A stretch of DNA of 64,000 bases from Chrysomallon squamiferum (lineage: Eukaryota > Animalia > Mollusca): contig CM022672.1 in the NCBI GenBank assembly GCA_012295275.1, forward strand, positions 19,158,001 to 19,222,000, written 5' to 3'. The translations under genes were made by a program, and so were the position numbers. The notes below the pieces were generated by a model. The model searched no databases. It had not been told where the DNA came from and saw nothing but the letters and a program-made list of their open reading frames with translations. Numbering within the stretch: the stretch's first letter is position 1; each line of letters begins with the position of its first letter. Below, piece after piece: positions 1 through 14,216 of the stretch.

Positions 1-1211
1 TTTGATAATCCAAAATTAATGACAACAATGCCACAAAAGAAGAAATCAAATTCTGTACAAACAAAAGGCAAAGGTTTCTGTGTCTCAATTACTTAATTTA
101 TACATCAAGTGATCCATTACTAATATTTTACCAGATTCACAGAAGTGAAATGAAATGAGACAAGAAATGATAGGCTTCAATTCCACTTTCTATGACAAAT
201 CATACAAATATCCTACAGTAGAACTACATATAAAAAATAATAATAATTAAAAAAAAAAAAATGTGTAAAGTATTTAAAATATAATCATACAAAATAGAAA
301 AGTATATTTGTTTGATTACTTCTCTATTTGTAAAACACATTAAATATATTCTTGTATCAGAATAAAGGTTTTTAAAAAAGTTAGAAAACCAAACCACGTA
401 AATAACACAAAATATGGCTTTAACAATAACAATTACTACCCTAAAAACCAAGGTAACATAAAAAAAACAAAAAATGTTCAACACTTTTCAAAAGGTTTCA
501 CAGATTTACAAAAAAAAAAATGTAAATCTGAGATTACTAAATATAAAACTGAGTTTACAAAATGCAAATCCAAGATTACAAAATGTTTCATGCTAGAAAA
601 GATAAATATAATAAATAAGAATACTGCAATGTGCAAAATCTTGATAAACTTGTTAAAGTGTGCATATGTTGGTGATTTCTCTAAGATATCACTCACTTCA
701 TCTGTTCAACAAAGTATAAATTACTGGCATTGTTACCAGATTTCTTTTCTATTGATTTTTTTTTTAACCCCTATATACAAATTTAATGAGTAAATGACTG
801 AAAAGAAAAAATGGCAGCTATAGTTTTTTCAGATTGTAACAAATATTTTTCTAAAATGTCTTAATGACCTCTCATAACCAGAGATATTGTTTGAATCTGT
901 AGGTGTTAGTTACTCATTTTCCATATTTTTTAAAACCTTTTTAAAAATCATTTTAAATATGGAAATGTCTTAACAATTTTTCTTCACATCATCACTGGTA
1001 TTTTAATTGTTTAAACATGTATGTGTTAGTAATCCACTCTCATTACATCAACACACATTCACATAAAGAAACATGATTAAATTAGTAACACTGTATTAAA
1101 TAAAACGTCTGGTTTTGATTTTCGAATGTCCTTTTTTCCCCCAAGAATGTAGAAACAAGATGTTCTTCTTGATTGTAGAGTAACATTCTTCAGTAAATAT
1201 CACATAAGTTC

Positions 1212-4200
1212 TCATCTGCCTGGAAAACAAAAACAAAAACAAAAATTAAATAGAAGTAAAATAAAATAATGGAGGATATATTTAATTTCTGTACTGAAGA
1301 GAATAAAATAATATCCTGTTTGAAGAGAACAAAAAAAATAATATAATAATACACCCCTAAAGGATAGGCAAGAGGTTAATGTTATTTTCTTTATTTGATA
1401 AGATATTTTACAATTTAAAAATATACCTGTTTGAAGAACAGAATAAAATAATATCCTGTACGAAGAGAACAAAAAAAAAAAAATAATAATACACCCCTAA
1501 AGGATAGGCAAGAGGTTAATGTTATTTTCTTTATTTGATAAGATATTTTACAGTGTTATTTAAAGTGTGTGGGTTTATATACCTGCAGTGGCTATTTAAT
1601 TTCTATACTGAACAGAATAAAATAATATCCTGTTTGAAGAGAACAAAACAAAAAAAAAAAAAAAATAATAATAATACACCCCTAAAGGACAGGCAAGAGC
1701 TTAATGTTATTTTTTTTATTTGATAAGATATTTTACAGTGTTATTTAAAGTGTGTGGGTTTATATACCTGCAGTGGCTAGGGCATGAGAGCCAGCCATCG
1801 CAGAACCGGCAGTGGCTTTCTGTTTGAGTGTTGTCCAGTCGAACACATAGTCATACTGATGATTGAGTGTACGAAACAGAATTCTAAACAGCTGTCTCAG
1901 ATACATGTAATCTGGAGCTTCTTCAAAACGCAGACCTCGGCAGTAGTTTAAATACATGTTGAACTCTGCAGGGAAACCCTGGGGAGAGAGAGAGAGAGGG
2001 AGAAAAATAAACACAATTTTTTTCAAAAGTAAAATAATAAATGATAATTTATAAAACATTATTAAAAGTAAAAAATTAAATAATACTATGTAAGACATGT
2101 ATATTAATTGAACTGGCGAATGTAAGTTTATAAATATGCTATAAAACTGAATAGTAAACTTTGAGATAGGCCTAACATATGTTTATACATTTATAGTAAA
2201 TTAATATAAATGATTCGACAAAGTATATCACTGGCAGTCTTCCTAATATAGATAAAAATGAAAAAAAAAGTAATATTTGATACCTAAAATTCTCTAATAC
2301 TGTGACAGATGAAATTTATAATAAATAGTGACAGTAAATTTTAATAATTAGTAAATTATTAGGAAAATTCAATATTTATATATGTCTAGCAGGATTGTTT
2401 ACATTCTTTCAGCGATATGAATCATGATACAGAAAGAATAATGAGAGCCTATTTGGTTTTATCATATTACAGTGCTATTATTATTATCATTAGTAGCAAA
2501 ACAGGAAACTGCAGGTTAAAGTTTTTCTTCCTCTTTACACAGAAGCAAGCCTGGGACTGGTGATCTTTAACATTAAATACTGAAGTTTTATTAAACAAAT
2601 AATCGTTTATCATTTTTTTGTAATTTACCTTACACAATACTTCAACAGGTGTGGACATTTTCTTCTCACTTATTTTTTCATACTTTTGTTTTTTTGTTGC
2701 TGCCTGAAAAAAGAATTATTTAATTAAAAACATATTAAATACAATATAATAATAGAAAACAAATTTTGTTATTTTATTTCTTGTTAATACTAATAGGTAT
2801 AATAATTAAAAGAAACAAATCAAACTTTTTTTTTTTACATGATAAAATTAATCTTCTTATTTCTTGATAAACAGCTTTGAATTATATTAATACTATGTAT
2901 GTGTATGTGCATATGACAAAATTATTAAAGTAAAAGAAACCGCTATACAATAAAAAAAAATATTCCTCTAATTTTTCTCTTTTTAAGAATTAAAAAAGTA
3001 ATCAACACAGAATACTACAGTATTAAAGAAAATATACAACAACAAAAAATACTTTTTGAATAAATAATTGTTTTCCATTACTAGCTTTAGTAGCCCTAAG
3101 GCATTCAACAGTTTCTGTTATTTATAGATATATAGATAATAATGTGATGATATTAAAGAAAAAAAAATTGAAAATAATAATAGTAATAACAATAACAAAA
3201 AAATTAAAAAAATTAATAAGAACAATTACAGATTTGACAGATAGTATTTTTATTTATCTGGACTATATTTTAAAAATAAATAAATAAATATATATATTAA
3301 AAACAGTGACAACACCTGTTTTGTTTTTTTTTAAACTTGAAAAATAAGAAAATAACACACCCGTAAACCTTGCCAAGGCAGAGAGCCCCTGTTAAAGTAC
3401 ATAAGGACGTAGCCCAGTGACTCCATGTCGTCTCTTCGACTCTGCTCAATGCCAAGGTGAGCGTTGATGCTGGCATACCTCGCTGTGCCAGTCAGGTTTT
3501 TACCTTCTCTGTAAGGTACGTGCTGCCTTGTTCGACTATCACGATACTTCTTGGCTAGTCCGAAATCTATGATGAACACCTAAAAACAGAAATGAAATAA
3601 AGAAATAAATAATCGCCCAAAATAAAAATAAAAATTTAAATTAAGTAAATATATGTATGTTTAAATCTGCCAAAAGTGTAACTGAATAATAATAATAAAC
3701 ACTAATAATAATATTTTAAAAAAGTGTTTTCCTTTTTTGCCAATAAACTGGTTACATAATACAATTATAATTATTATGTTAACTAAAAAAAAAGATATAT
3801 TTACTTCACAAGAAGACATTTTTTTCTATTTATGTTAATAAATTAATTGTACTTCCTTTTTAATTACAGAAATAAAAAAAAGTTCATTAATACACTTAAA
3901 AGATAACACAAAAATTAATAACATTTTACATAATAATTTAGTATTTCATTATTATATATAAATATACACATTTGTTTTCAATGTGTATTTGATCATCCCA
4001 AACTATGAATATTTAAATAAATAATAATAATGTTAATTATGTAATTCTACCTTGTTGCAATGTCTGCCTATTCCCATCAGAAAATTGTCTGGTTTGATGT
4101 CTCTGTGTATAAAATTTTTGTTGTGTATATGTTCTATCCGGTTGATCATCTGAAAAAAATATAATGAAATAAATTGAAACAAAATAAAATAAATAATGGA

Positions 4201-5791
4201 ATATAAAGATATAATAGTAATACCATACAATGTAATATAATAACAATAATAATAATAAATAATAATAATATGATGTGTGTGTGTGTGTGTGTGATACAAC
4301 AGAATACATTATAATAAACATAGTTTAGAATAAAAAAGTATATAATTAACAGTGACTGATGAGAAAATAGTGAAAGATTTTGTAATGCAATAAAAAAAAC
4401 TAAAAGAAGTAAAATCCTAGGTTATATCAGTTTCTACTGAATATAATATAAATTTAAATTTAAAAAATAATAATAATAAAATAAAAATTTAAATTTTATG
4501 CAGAATGTTTTTTAATTTTATTTATTTTATTTTATTTTAATATTATTCTTATTAATTTTTTTTTTTTTCTGACTTTTACTGAATTCATGCACTATTTTTT
4601 CTACAGATTTATTAGAACAAATTTATTAATTTTTTTTTTCTTATCCAACAGAATCATTTAATAATTTATTGTTATTGTTGACGACAGTGATAATGATATT
4701 AATACAGATAATTGTTTTATTTTTATTGTTTTGGTCATGAAATATATCAGTGTCAAGTGGAGCTTTGATATGATCTACTAACTGTGACAGTAATATATCA
4801 CTTAGAAAGTGTTAGGTCACCATGTTACTGACAAAGGACTATATTAAAGAGATACACTTGAAATTTAATATAGCCCTCTTTTTCTCAATATTTGTGTCAA
4901 ACTAAGTCCTAATATTTTGTCATTATTCATTTTTATGTGTTTTTATTTAAGTGAAATAAATTTAATGTAATATATCAGAAATAAATAGAAACTTAAAGAA
5001 CTCTGACAAATATCAAATATTCAAAGTGGAAATAAAACTGAACGTATGTCAGAAAGTATAAAAAGAGAATACAGATGAAAAAATTTCAAACAAGGAAATA
5101 AAAGTGGATGATGGAGCATGGAAATCATTTAAAATCTTAACATCAAAATAGATGGATGAGGTAATGGAATAAAATTAGAATTAAGAAAGTAAAATGGAAA
5201 TAAAAAATAGAAATTAATTTAAAAACTTTCAAGACATAAATTAATATAACATTAACAGATGATGCAGTTACTTATAGAATATATATAATTTCTTCTTTTG
5301 TTTATTATTTTTATAACAAAATAAATAACTAAATAAATAAATAAAATAAAAAAAATAAAAATAATATTTAACCAGCAATATAGTTTAAAAAAATAAAAAT
5401 AAGAAAATAATAATACTGTTTATAACATGATATTAGAATTTATATATATCTATTTCCAGTTGTTATACAAACACAGAGAGAATAGGTTAATTAGTTGTGG
5501 CCATTTTTAACTGTTTACCACCTGGCCAGTGGGGATTTCTCTCAGAATGATTCAGTAGTCCTAATCAATTCATGATTGCCTAAGCCCTTGACAAGTGGCA
5601 TGTTAGCATCACATTTTGTATTATTATATAATTCTATCCCATTATAACATGATCATCATCATCATTATTATTATTGCAATTAATGTTACATTGTACTGTA
5701 TTTTTACAATATAGTATATTTTGCTATTTACAATAATTTATTTATAATATATATTATTTATTGTTATTTACAGGATTATTGTTATTGTTCA

Positions 5792-5845
<54 letters not shown>

Positions 5846-8569
5846 AATTCAGTTCATGGATAATATCATAAATTACAATTTAATTAATATTTAAATTACC
5901 AATGGTCATTAGGTAACACAGACACATTTTATAACAAGAAGAAAGAAAAAACCAGCCAATCCATGAACTACACTGGATCAGCAGTAAAGGATTTCTTGCA
6001 TGGACCTTCCCATAAACAGGACAGCACACACCATGCTCTTTGACAAATCAGTCACAGGAATGTGAAATAACCCATAGCTGTACTGAAGAGGATTCATCCT
6101 GAAAACCATCAGGCCTCAGGAAGTTAGAACATGAGCTCACTTTCCAATAATAACGTATGACTAATACTGATTAGCAAGAAACATGGTCAACACACAAGAG
6201 AACAGCACTCTGACACCTGTTTCTAATTAAGGACACACAAGTAATTACTTGTAAGAAGATGCTCTGGGAAGGAAAATAAAAAGAAATTTGCTTTAGCCTT
6301 TTAACATGCATCTATTGATTGTTTCTCACTAGAAGCGGTGCTTCAGTTCACATGGTGTGTAGTGGAACAAATTTAATAACATGACCAGTAACACACAAGT
6401 ACAAATCCCTAGTTGAAAATTAACACTAGTGTGCTGAAGAATGAGTAAAGATGTAGAAAAGTAAAAAAAAATTGAATGCAAAACTGAATTTTTATTTCAA
6501 CTTTTCTTCTTTTCAACTGTCTTTAATTAATGCTCCTGTACTATAACAAATCAAAAATCTGTAAAATTGTGTAACTTTAAAATAAGATATAAATCTAACA
6601 CAGTTGTTCACATGCTAAGATAATTGCAACAATTATTATTATTTAATCAAATACAGCAACATCTGATACAAACAAAAAAAAAATGAAATAAAAAAATTTG
6701 ATGAACATAATAAATTAATAAACAACCCCAAAATAATAATTTAAAAATCAAGATTGTAATTATGGATAAATGAGATAGTTACATCAAGAAATGTTGATGT
6801 AATAATGATAACAAATGTAATAAAAATAATAATATTAATAACAACAACTACATTAACAACAGCAATAATCTCCTGAATGTAGTTTAATAATTAAAATTAA
6901 AAATCTGTGAGGTCAATAAAGAGTTACAGCAGGTAACAATTCATCAGATGCATGCAGTAACACACCCACTGACAGGTAGATGTAAGTGACAGACAACCAT
7001 TTCGTGTCTTTTAACCCTGACTACATGTTTAGAAAACAGGTTTTAAAAAAATGCTGAAACCACACACCATGACATGCACTGTGCATATGTACATTTGTGT
7101 AGGCCCACTTCAGAAGTTAAAATAAAAATAAAGCTTGCACCACAAATGAAAATATTTGCTATGCAATTGCCAGTACCTGATCTGCTAACATGAGAACTGT
7201 TTTCATTGTAAATTTCCTTGAACAAAAGTTAAATAGATCTTCTAAACTTGGTCCCAAAAGATCCATAACTAACACATTATAGTCCTTTTCTTGTCCAAAA
7301 AATCTGAAAAAAAAAAAAAAAATAAAAATTAATTATTATACTGATGAATACAATAAAACTAAACGTGATGATGATGATTATTATTAATAACAAAGAAATA
7401 CAAATACAAATAATAATATTAATTTCAGAAATGCATTAAAGTGTGATCATAAAATAAAAAATTAAGAATTTTAAAGTCATTCTAATATACATTTTGTATA
7501 TTTTGCAATTTATGAGTATGGACAAATACTAATTTTTAAACAAATTTTTTTAAGAAAATTTGTTTTTGGTGGAGAATGAGTTTACAAAATCAACTGTACA
7601 TTGTTGGCCAAAATTTGGTAAAAATAATCATTAATAAAAATTCAAATCAATATTTCTGAACTGCTCATTATCTGTCTGCCAATGCTAACCAACAAACATG
7701 GAATTTTACACATTTTAAACATGTAAACAAAGTAATATAAATACTAACTTCAACAAACAGCCATATTAAATAACATTTTAACAAACATGATTTTTATCAT
7801 GAAATAATAGAGGAAATAAACTCCATTGTTTCAAGTAATTAATATCAACGTTACAGTATATCACAAAGCTAACAGCTATTAATCAAACAAAGGATCAGAT
7901 TAACAGCATTTCCTTTCCATGTTAACTTGGTACATTACAATGTACCCAATGACTCCAGCTGATGTCACTGAAGAATTATATGAAAAAACATCTCAGATCA
8001 ACATGCATACCCAATATTTATATGTTTACTGTAATGTAAATATATGTCTATACTATAATGTCTGTATGTATGTATATTTTTATATATCTGTGTAACATAC
8101 ACACACACACACACACATACACACACACACACACACACGTATATATAAATATCACAGATATGAAGTGAAGTCATCTCCTGTACTTATAGCTATATCTTAC
8201 TAAAACAGAATTTGTTCTGTGTTTTATCTCATTTTACAGCTCTTTCCTCACCCTCACTGAAAAAAAAAGAAAAAAAAAGCCCATTCTTGAATAATGCAAA
8301 TAGGTTAACTGCTTTATACTAAGCAAGGTTTGTCAACTGTAAACAATTTAGGTTGTTATTATCATTTATTTATTTGCTTGACACACATAGTTAGGAACAA
8401 ATCATGTGGCAGGTCAGTGTGATCTGGACCCTTGCTAACTAACTGTATTCAGTTCAAAATGTTTAACTATAAGCATGTAAATAAGCTTGCATCTTTATTA
8501 TCTCATAAATACACACATATATATATACATATACATATACATACATACATACATACATACATACATACA

Positions 8570-8603
<34 letters not shown>

Positions 8604-11600
8604 AGTGCACAAAGAGAAACTTTGTTATCCTGTTCTTTTATGGAGACCTCCAAAATATATAGAAAACCACTCCTGCCATAGACAATAATAAAAAGTAATA
8701 TATGTACTTGTTTCTCAGTTTAATATTCATTTGTTTTTTTATTCTCGTACCTGTGTGTCATGTATATGTATATATGTATGTGTGTTGTCTCTGTGTGTGT
8801 GTGTGTGTGTACACATACACATATATGTATATATGCACACATATATTCATTAATAATTCAGTATGTCATTCTTTTATAGTGACGAACCAAGGGACATCCA
8901 CAATATAAAGAACACCTCCATCCATAATTTAACTGTTTCTCTTATTAACATACAAAACCATTATCTATAATGTCCCAGACAGAAATACAGCTTTTTAGGG
9001 CAATGTGTTAGGTAGGACCATTTAGAAACACAGAGAAGAGAGAATGAAATCAATAAATGCTGACCCATCTGGAATACCATATGTTTTATACATTATTAGT
9101 TTGCACTGTTCAGAGACCTATATGTAAATATTACACTATTTCTTAGCAATGGGTCTAGCAAACAATTTTTTTTCATTAAATGATAAATATATAGCTAGGT
9201 TCTTGTTAGTAAGCCATACAATTAATCAATAAAATGTAGCTAAAGCTTGTACATTATATTATAATTAGGTCAAATCAGTTGATTAGAAACTTATTAAAAT
9301 TACTTTTAATCAGTTTATTTTGTCAAATGATTTGTTATGTTTATTGTTTTTTGGGTGTGTGTGTTTTTTAGGGGGAGGGTGGGTTTGCAGGAGAGTTGAT
9401 TTTTTAAAGTGATTTATCTACATATCCTGTTTAACAGTACACTGGTCAAATAATCTATCAAAAAACTTTGTGTAGGGTCATATAGTACAATAGTCTGTAA
9501 ATAGCCGTATTATTATGAAAACAGACTAAAAACTACTGTGTGAAAAGATAAAAATCAGTTAATCCTACCATCTGTCCATAAAAAAAAGGAGAAGAAAAAA
9601 AGACCAGGGGCAGTTATTTATTTCTTCTTCTCCTGTGTTAACAGTTTATTATATGAATTATGTGACACTAAAAGGAAATGTTTTATTATTTTTTATTGCT
9701 CTTTATTACGTTGTTATTCTACATGTAAAATAAACAGAGGGACGGTTATAACATTTATCATGCTAAAATATACTTTATTCCACAACTGTATAAACAACCA
9801 GTTCAAGTTCTCCACTCAAATTCAAATGAAAAGTATGTGAAGACCTAACAAATTAAAAAAATGAACAAATAAATAATAACAATAAAAAAATGGAAATACT
9901 TGACTTGAATTGTTAAGTTGTTTTTTTAGCCTGCTGAATGCATTCCTTAACAAATACAATACCATTTGATAGTCATACATTTTTTAATTAATATACACAG
10001 AATTTTATTTTTATAAAATGATTTAATTTATTAATATTCTTACCACTTTGTATAAATATTCATAATCTATTCAGAAATAATTGCAGTCTGAATGCGTGCT
10101 TCAAAAAAATAATTTTCTTTAATGCAACTTATTTATTTTTAAAACAGTCAGTCTGCAAATATTTCTGATTACATTATAAAACAGTGGAACCAAATGCATT
10201 GGACTAACACACTGAAAATATTACTGTATTAAACTATTATGTAACTGCATTCCACTAATTGTCTATCAACACTTTATCATATGATATATATCTTTTTTAA
10301 ACTAATATATCTACATATACTTTAATGAGTATCTGTACTACACCTTTACAATCATTTGCAATATTACAATGTAACAAACATATCTGTAGTGCACTAATGT
10401 GTATTTTACTGTGTAATATATATATATGCATCTAATTTACACTAATATATTATATGTGAGAAAAACAGCAGTGTAACACTGTAGCACATGACTGTGTCAA
10501 ATGTGACCACGATCTGATATGCTAATAATCTAACAATCTGTGACAGATGTAATTAACCAAGTGCAACATTAATAAATCAATCAAACTTTATTTCATTAAT
10601 TACTAAAACCATAAAATATAGTTTAAATAAGGCATACAGATGTATTCTGTAAGACTTAAAACAAGCTAACACATGTAAAAATTATCACGGTATACATGCA
10701 ACTGAAAAAGGATGTAATTGAAACAGATAACAGTCCTGAGATAGTTATAGATGAAACACATCTGTTAGTAAATCTACTGTGTATATCCAGTGATGTGTGT
10801 AACATACAAAGTATTCAATACCGTGAGAAATGCATATTGTTATCTACCTGTTTATCTAACTATACAAAACAGAGAATGGATTTCCTACAAAACTGTTAGC
10901 TGTACCAGAACATGATAACTCTACTGTCATCTAATATACTTCTTCATACGGTTTCGTCATGTGCTTGACAAATGAAAATAAGTCACACTATGTTTTATAA
11001 GACATAATATTATATACACTATTTGTTGTTTTTGTTTTCTTAACTATGCAATGACATATATTATATAAAAAGATTCCTTGCTGCTTATATATGAGTGGTT
11101 ATTGCTAGTTTGCTCACTCTGATAAATAATAATAATAATAATAATAAAAATAATCACCATCCATATTAAAATATACATCTTGTCATTAAAACTGGAATAT
11201 ATTTTGCTTACCTCCAAGTTAGTGTTTCATTAGTTACTCTTTGTTAATAATAAAATTTGATATAAATAAAAAAAAATGCATTCATACACCATACATTTTT
11301 ATTTCCTGTTTCAGGAATAAAAGCTATTTTGACAGAGACTGGGAAAATCTGATATATGTGGCTTTTACAAACAGTTTCCAAATAGCACATTCAGGCAAGA
11401 CTGAAAAAAAAAAAATGTATACCCAAAAAAACACAACATAAGTACAGCAAATAATTTTAAATACATGTCAACACTATAGCTATAAATGTGAAATGGTTGA
11501 CATTCATGCATCTAAATGTTTTTCTTTACTTTGTGTTGTTTATTGTCAGAAAAGAAAGGTCACTAGTCACCATTAAAGTAATCTGAAATCACACACAAAT

Positions 11601-13512
11601 ACGTTTACATTATTTGTTCTTTTTACCGAATGTATGTTTGAAACAATAATTCATTCCTCATTACAAAATAACAAATACATGTTTTATTGCACATTATCAA
11701 ACTTTATTATTTGCAAAGAGTGGTCAGAGATATCACATAAAATAGTCACTCAGAAGCACATAAATACTTATGATATTTTTTAAATATGCTTTCTTCTTAT
11801 ATAATACAATACACATTAATCAATATTTTGTTCCCTGTCACTAAATGACATACAAACATGTACTGTTTTATTACTCATATATAATATCATAAATATGAAC
11901 TGAGTTTCTGGGACAACTTACCTACAGTGAGGAATTCCTACACCTCCATGTAGTATTCTGTATAATTTACTTTCATACAACAACTGAGGATGTCTGGTCT
12001 TCTGTGACTCCAGTTTTGTAGCCACTTCCTATAAAATGAAAAAAAAAAAAAAAAAATGTTACTAATGGACTTAAAAAACAAGATCTTAAGAAATATATAT
12101 TAAAGAGATAAATTAAGTAAACAACTAAGTTCACTTAAGCAGTTTTCCAGTGACAGAGAATGAAATACTAAGTTTTATATAATAATAATAATAATCTTTA
12201 ATGTATTTTTTTTATTAAATTGATATATACATTATGGTTAAGGACTGATAATAAGAAAAGAATCCTGTGGACTGTAGGTGATGGGCTTTTCTGGCCATTT
12301 AACTGAAAAGACTGTGAATTTTATTTAGCTTGTGTATTTTTTAAAGTTTCATTTCATTGTAAATGATCAATAAAATGAATATGCATTGGAATGACTCTTC
12401 ACTGAATTTTTAAGAAGTGAAAAAATAAAATAGAGAGGAATAAAATAAAATTAAACTGCAAACATCTAATAAAGTAATATTTGTTTGCTACTTATCTTTT
12501 ATACACAGTATTCAACTATGTCAGTTGAAAAAATATGCACTTCCCAACATAAAATATATATTTGAACAGTGATGCCATATGGGAAAACAGGTTATTCTTA
12601 AAGAAACTGGACAATCCACATTTTTTCATGTATGCAGGTTTTGATGAATACAGCTCGTTTTTTTGGCTTACTAATGTTTACTTCTGATTAACATGAGCAA
12701 TATTTTATCTTAAAAACTATAATTATATTTTTGGAAATCACGAAACCTCTGTGTAAACATTAAATAGCAGAAGTTCATAGCTGACTTATTTGACTTAATA
12801 TGAGGCAAGACGATGATTTATTTTGCTGAGTACTTAAAATGTTCAATTACACAACATTTTTCACTAGTTCACTGTACAAAAAAAATTACAACAACATACA
12901 CTACTTTAATAAATCATATGGAAAATAAATAATTATAATACTAATAGTACTAATAGCACATCACAGTGACTGCCAAATTAATACTGGAAAATCAAGTTAA
13001 AAGTCAAGTGATTATATTTAGGAGCAACTCCCCACCCTTTTTCATTGTGTTGTGAACTATAAGTATAAAAAAAAAATTTTGTAATAGTTACATATTCACT
13101 ACTCTTTCAATGGAGCTTTACTTAAGTTCGTGGTGTGGTTATTCAATAGTAAGGCACGCATGGTTACTCATATTTTGTCAGACGACAAAAAGTCACTATG
13201 CGTATCTTTAGAAAAATATATATAAATAATATATACAAAAATAACATATACGGTGACATCTCATATATGATGTTATAAATAGAAAGAAGTTTTAGTAATT
13301 TTTAAATTTTTAAATTATTATTATTAATATTATTCGATTTCTAAAGTAAATGTGACTATTAAAAACAAATAATGCTTAATTCAGCGATCGAAACGTACCT
13401 CTCCATTCGATATGTTGATTGCTAAGTAAATATCACCAAATGAACCGCTTCCGATTTTTCTAACAAGTCTGTATTTCCCAGCGACGTGAAATTCGCTTTT
13501 AAAACTAGCCAT
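1212..13512 (-). CDS. CSNK1A1: Casein kinase I isoform alpha (8 coding exons, 319 aa)
   Basis: Exons 13399-13512 ([22 protein letters not shown]), 11922-12028 ([21 protein letters not shown]), 7177-7303 (..[19 protein letters not shown]), 4051-4149 (..[19 protein letters not shown]), 3361-3579 ([31 protein letters not shown]), 2629-2703 ([25 protein letters not shown]), 1768-1978 ([18 protein letters not shown]..), 1212-1219 (GR-stop). All introns GT-AG and phase-consistent; total 960 nt. GIGRHCNK and TLNHQYDY are CK1-alpha signatures. The final short exon is the least certain. Confidence 0.97.
1281..1779. repeat. Imperfect tandem triplication (~150-185 bp unit) in the last CSNK1A1 intron, including a copy of the exon-7 donor
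   Basis: gaataaaataatatcctgt..acacccctaaaggataggcaagaggttaatgttattt..tttgataagatattttaca occurs three times. gtgtgggtttatatacctgcagtggcta occurs twice, 185 bp apart. Confidence 0.92.
5790..5843. repeat. (ATT)n microsatellite
   Basis: Direct reading: uninterrupted attattatt run. Confidence 0.95.
5975..6138 (-). mobile_element. Decayed tRNA-derived SINE fragment in CSNK1A1 intron 3
   Basis: GC-richer island (cccataaacaggacagcacacaccatgctctttga...ggattcatcctg...tgagct) resembling, from memory, an abundant gastropod SINE in antisense. The reverse complement has remnants of AGCTCA and B-box-like GGATGAATCC. Not verified by search. Confidence 0.5.
8096..8138. repeat. (CA)n microsatellite
   Basis: Direct reading. 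Confidence 0.93.
8515..8602. repeat. (ATAC)n/(AT)n compound microsatellite
   Basis: Direct reading; explains the spurious HTYI-repeat ORFs. Confidence 0.95.
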
Positions 13513-13559
13513 CGTTTTTTAATGAAGTTTCATCAGAAGTTGTAAATACAAAACACATT

Positions 13560-13760
13560 TTTGTTTCTTCTCATTGTTGCCTTACTTTCCGTCCACTGTC
13601 AAACACAAACATGACAAAGACCGCTTTGAATTATGGGATAATTTCCTGCACTGAGATCATTCGGATATTTTCGGACGTACTCGTTTAAGCAGGTGCGCCA
13701 ATGTTCGTATCTTTTCGCAAGAAAAGAGGACCAATCAGAAATGACCTGCCAGTTTATAAA
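13560..13760 (-). promoter_or_regulatory. Probable CSNK1A1 proximal promoter
   Basis: CpG-enriched patch just upstream of the ATG. ZNF143/Staf-like site TATCCCATAATTCAAAGCGG (13621-13640, minus strand) and NF-Y-type GACCAATCAG (13729-13738). Confidence 0.55.
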
Positions 13761-14174
13761 TAAACACAATTATAATCCATTTCGTTGGTCCTTTAATGTT
13801 AGATACTAATTTTAATCTTGTAATCTCATGTTGAAAGGAAATAACAACCTCAGTTTTCGTGTTGTAATATCTAGTAATGATAACTATAACAGTAAAAAAA
13901 TAATAGGTGCTGATTAATATAAAAAGATAAAGGAAATAAATATGAATTTATAAAATTTTTGTTTTAATTAAAGGATTTCAAAAGGGTAAAAACAGAAACG
14001 TTAAGAAAAAGTTAATAACTGCGTTATAATTAAATAATACATACTGAGGCAAAATGTGCATTTTTTTTATAATAATCTGTTTACAAATGAATGACTTTAT
14101 AAATCGATATTAGTTTTCAAACAAATGCTTATTATGGTATACTTTATTTTTTAAATTTAATTCTATATTTATTG

Positions 14175-14216
<42 letters not shown>

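Noticed and set aside
1281-1779. CRISPR-like repeat array
   Set aside because: Eukaryotic intron; units are long tandem copies without unique spacers, and no cas genes are present.
3580-4050. Vertebrate-type CK1-alpha 'L' insert exon
   Set aside because: The intron is short and almost pure AT; no open exon with splice sites found.
8432-8908. Plus-strand ORFs with HTYI/CV repeats
   Set aside because: Translations of (ATAC)n and (GT)n microsatellites inside a CSNK1A1 intron.
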